From positions 1-25,308 of IMG/VR virus record IMGVR_UViG_3300020269_000846: a stretch of DNA of 25,308 nt, one strand, 5' to 3'. The translations under genes and the position numbers were made by a program. Under the pieces are notes generated by a model, which did not search any database, was not told the DNA's origin, and was given only the letters and a program-made list of their open reading frames with translations. Positions 24,401 to 25,308 of the stretch are shown in pieces. The first letter of the stretch is position 1. Each line of letters begins with the position of its first letter. The DNA comes from a virus. Taxonomy: Duplodnaviria > Caudoviricetes.

Positions 24401-25308
24401 TATTTCTTTCCCTCCTAACCAAGAAACTATTGATGTAAATGATGTAGAAGTAGCTATATCACCACAAGATAGCATAAATAAAGATATTACAGAACAGTTA
24501 GGATATTTTAACATAGATGAATTTATAGGTGATCCTAAGTTAGCTTTATCATCATCCTATGATGGGCTAGATCATGTTAAAAAATTCTATTTTGATAAAT
24601 ACTTTAGAAAACAAAATATTACTGATATAGTTCAATTATTATCATATTTTGATAGTTCATTATTTAAAATGATTAGGGATTTCGTTCCTGCTTCAACTGA
24701 ATTATCAACTGGATTTTTAATTAAATCTCATTTATTAGAAAGAAATAAAACTAAAAGATTTGATCCTTCATTTACATTTATAGACTTTAGTGGTTCATTA
24801 ACTGTACCTAGTATAACTGGTTCAAATCCAATGAATGAAAATCTAGATACAAGCTATACTGGAAAAATTTTAATCCCATCTAGTTCGGCTAATACTATTA
24901 CTGCATCGGGGGTAACTTTTAATTTTACTGATAATAGAGAACCAATAACAGGAGAATTTAGTGGAAGTGAATTTACAGCATATACTCAACCTACTTCTAG
25001 TATGGTTACAGAAAAAAGTTTATTTAGAGTAGGTCCTGATACATCCACAGCTGCATCATTTTCATTAATACCTTTTAACCCAGAATTAAATAATGTTATT
25101 GAAGCAAGAAAATCTAATCAATTTATGGATGTGGATTATTCTACTAATATTATAACACCTGTAAATATAGGATTTATTACTAGTAGATCTATAGGTGATA
25201 TTACTGAAGCTGATAGTCCTTTTTTAGATGCACCTATTCAAGATAGTAATTATTCTTTACAAAGATATTTAAGACCTAGATATTTAGGTTCAAAAACTGT
25301 ATCTCAAG
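21450..25308 (+). CDS. very large baseplate/tail structural protein, 3'-truncated (>1286 aa; absent from ORF track)
   Basis: ATG at 21450 (MEEITVISTGSAEF...). The frame is still in register and open at the window end (...RPRYLGSKTVSQ). Contains NLPYLLKTRGTRQGLRALINCFG (~23090-23160; P2 gpI / T4 gp7-like) and a LamG-like region (TVEFRFK...FDGAFQEARMWSTILSES, ~23420-24020). Confidence 0.85.
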   Translation, partial: MEEITVISTGSAEFINQNYSPKDENLFNTFSLNRDYGAPQDVIELHVFDGGGLLLTSSYDFNNFQTQLTDPSSSLFNKIIIDPEEDVKNLGFEAGTFNLTYYPYRNILLSNEQRRFFIKDISDDRTELRIVTNELSYDALSTSYFNYINSKANKSFYSDFLLNFGDNNTILGVNTLLDTDLTTEPSVYIKLYEALPDNLGEKDTLWLSEQISDPFTYKVDINILPDEEEEEITLLRGPNTNVDLNLQTNVTTKYLNVSEILDSPLTSSLQQIKSILEEKSVNINIDYEDYNNFVHFSSAYQRLENFKEKLRLIEGYQSDLDSFKGLGPLTDQSHISSSKVTLQNNIDTIIRQFDGYEYFLYYTSGSKSWPKSGSTVAPYTNWGVDSVSASVWYGSEDENSDFFGGQILSASLYNDTNRNYIWNTLPAYIKEDPQNSNLELLSSMLGQHFDTLWTYTRALTDIKDNDNRINKGISKDLVADTLRSLGIKLYTSNRTNENLFQDLLGLSPSGSATPDTGSQRVETYVSVSNEANTTDNLNKEVYKRIYNNLPYLLKTRGTRQGLRALINCFGIPETILKVNEYGGDQKNVPTVNQVIDRFAYGLNTNPLHLTSSISSSTINIPWLPFVTNFSDEWQSVNVNWNIIEGVWNGPKAASATPDTVEFRFKSNGIPSSSYYSQSLFQVRQDSDTKFGVQLLYPSASNASYGSPVLNDRYSVYGELRFFLSGSQGYAKTEPIYAPFFSGSWWSLKLNRETSSVFIFDSGSNQDYTLTVKSTDYNGKDGTFIKYQASQSLHINGTTSASYNGSWHDFRYSSGNLVLDGHLGGTGSNNVLSPDGVVFDGAFQEARMWSTILSESAFNQHVLDPRSIRSNEVTSSMFDLIFRLPLGNDLQISGSFGDNKVTSVHPSITGSFVPTASFFLGTGSSTVSYGIITNFTGSSYQPTEYFALVESPNLGAYNPVDDKIRIKNTSQVSGSTLSPYVSIQDISFPPNQETIDVNDVEVAISPQDSINKDITEQLGYFNIDEFIGDPKLALSSSYDGLDHVKKFYFDKYFRKQNITDIVQLLSYFDSSLFKMIRDFVPASTELSTGFLIKSHLLERNKTKRFDPSFTFIDFSGSLTVPSITGSNPMNENLDTSYTGKILIPSSSANTITASGVTFNFTDNREPITGEFSGSEFTAYTQPTSSMVTEKSLFRVGPDTSTAASFSLIPFNPELNNVIEARKSNQFMDVDYSTNIITPVNIGFITSRSIGDITEADSPFLDAPIQDSNYSLQRYLRPRYLGSKTVSQ

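Noticed and set aside
1-25308. Stop-codon reassignment (alternative genetic code), as seen in some large Bacteroidota phages
   Set aside because: Long genes are intact in the standard code and tile with coupled junctions. TAG terminates several genes (e.g. 6764, 9098, 9472) at sensible positions.

Overview
AT-rich, gene-dense segment with every credible gene on the + strand. It reads as part of a large myovirus-type phage genome (T4-like contractile-tail baseplate genes, phage sigma factor), probably infecting Bacteroidota/Flavobacteria, judged from TTTG-N20-TAnnTTT promoter spacing, A-rich leaders without Shine-Dalgarno sites and a CxSDD lipoprotein. There are four blocks. (1) 1-2873: sugar/modification operon with a GT9-like glycosyltransferase (5' truncated), a NodU/CmcH-family carbamoyltransferase and a small DMT-like membrane protein. 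(2) 2875-9472: accessory region of about 30 small ORFs, many missing from the supplied track, with host-type promoters, a repeated AATAAA(AA)GGTTATG leader, zinc-finger microproteins, lipoproteins, a PC4 ssDNA-binding protein, a very acidic protein and structured intergenic elements. (3) 9536-12131: glutaredoxin, HD-domain protein and gp55-like late sigma factor. (4) 12115-25308: baseplate module with a split gp5-like spike, gp25-like and gp6-like wedge proteins, and a >1286-aa protein running off the end. I found no tRNA, rRNA, CRISPR array or transposase. The most intriguing signals are a strongly over-represented dispersed [ST]-[GA]-S tripeptide in the peripheral baseplate proteins (candidate virion-glycosylation sequon), cassette-like early genes joined by a conserved leader, a stand-alone acidic gene bracketed by CCGC-rich structured elements, and an ArfA-like peptide. 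All family assignments come from motif recognition by eye, not from database searches.
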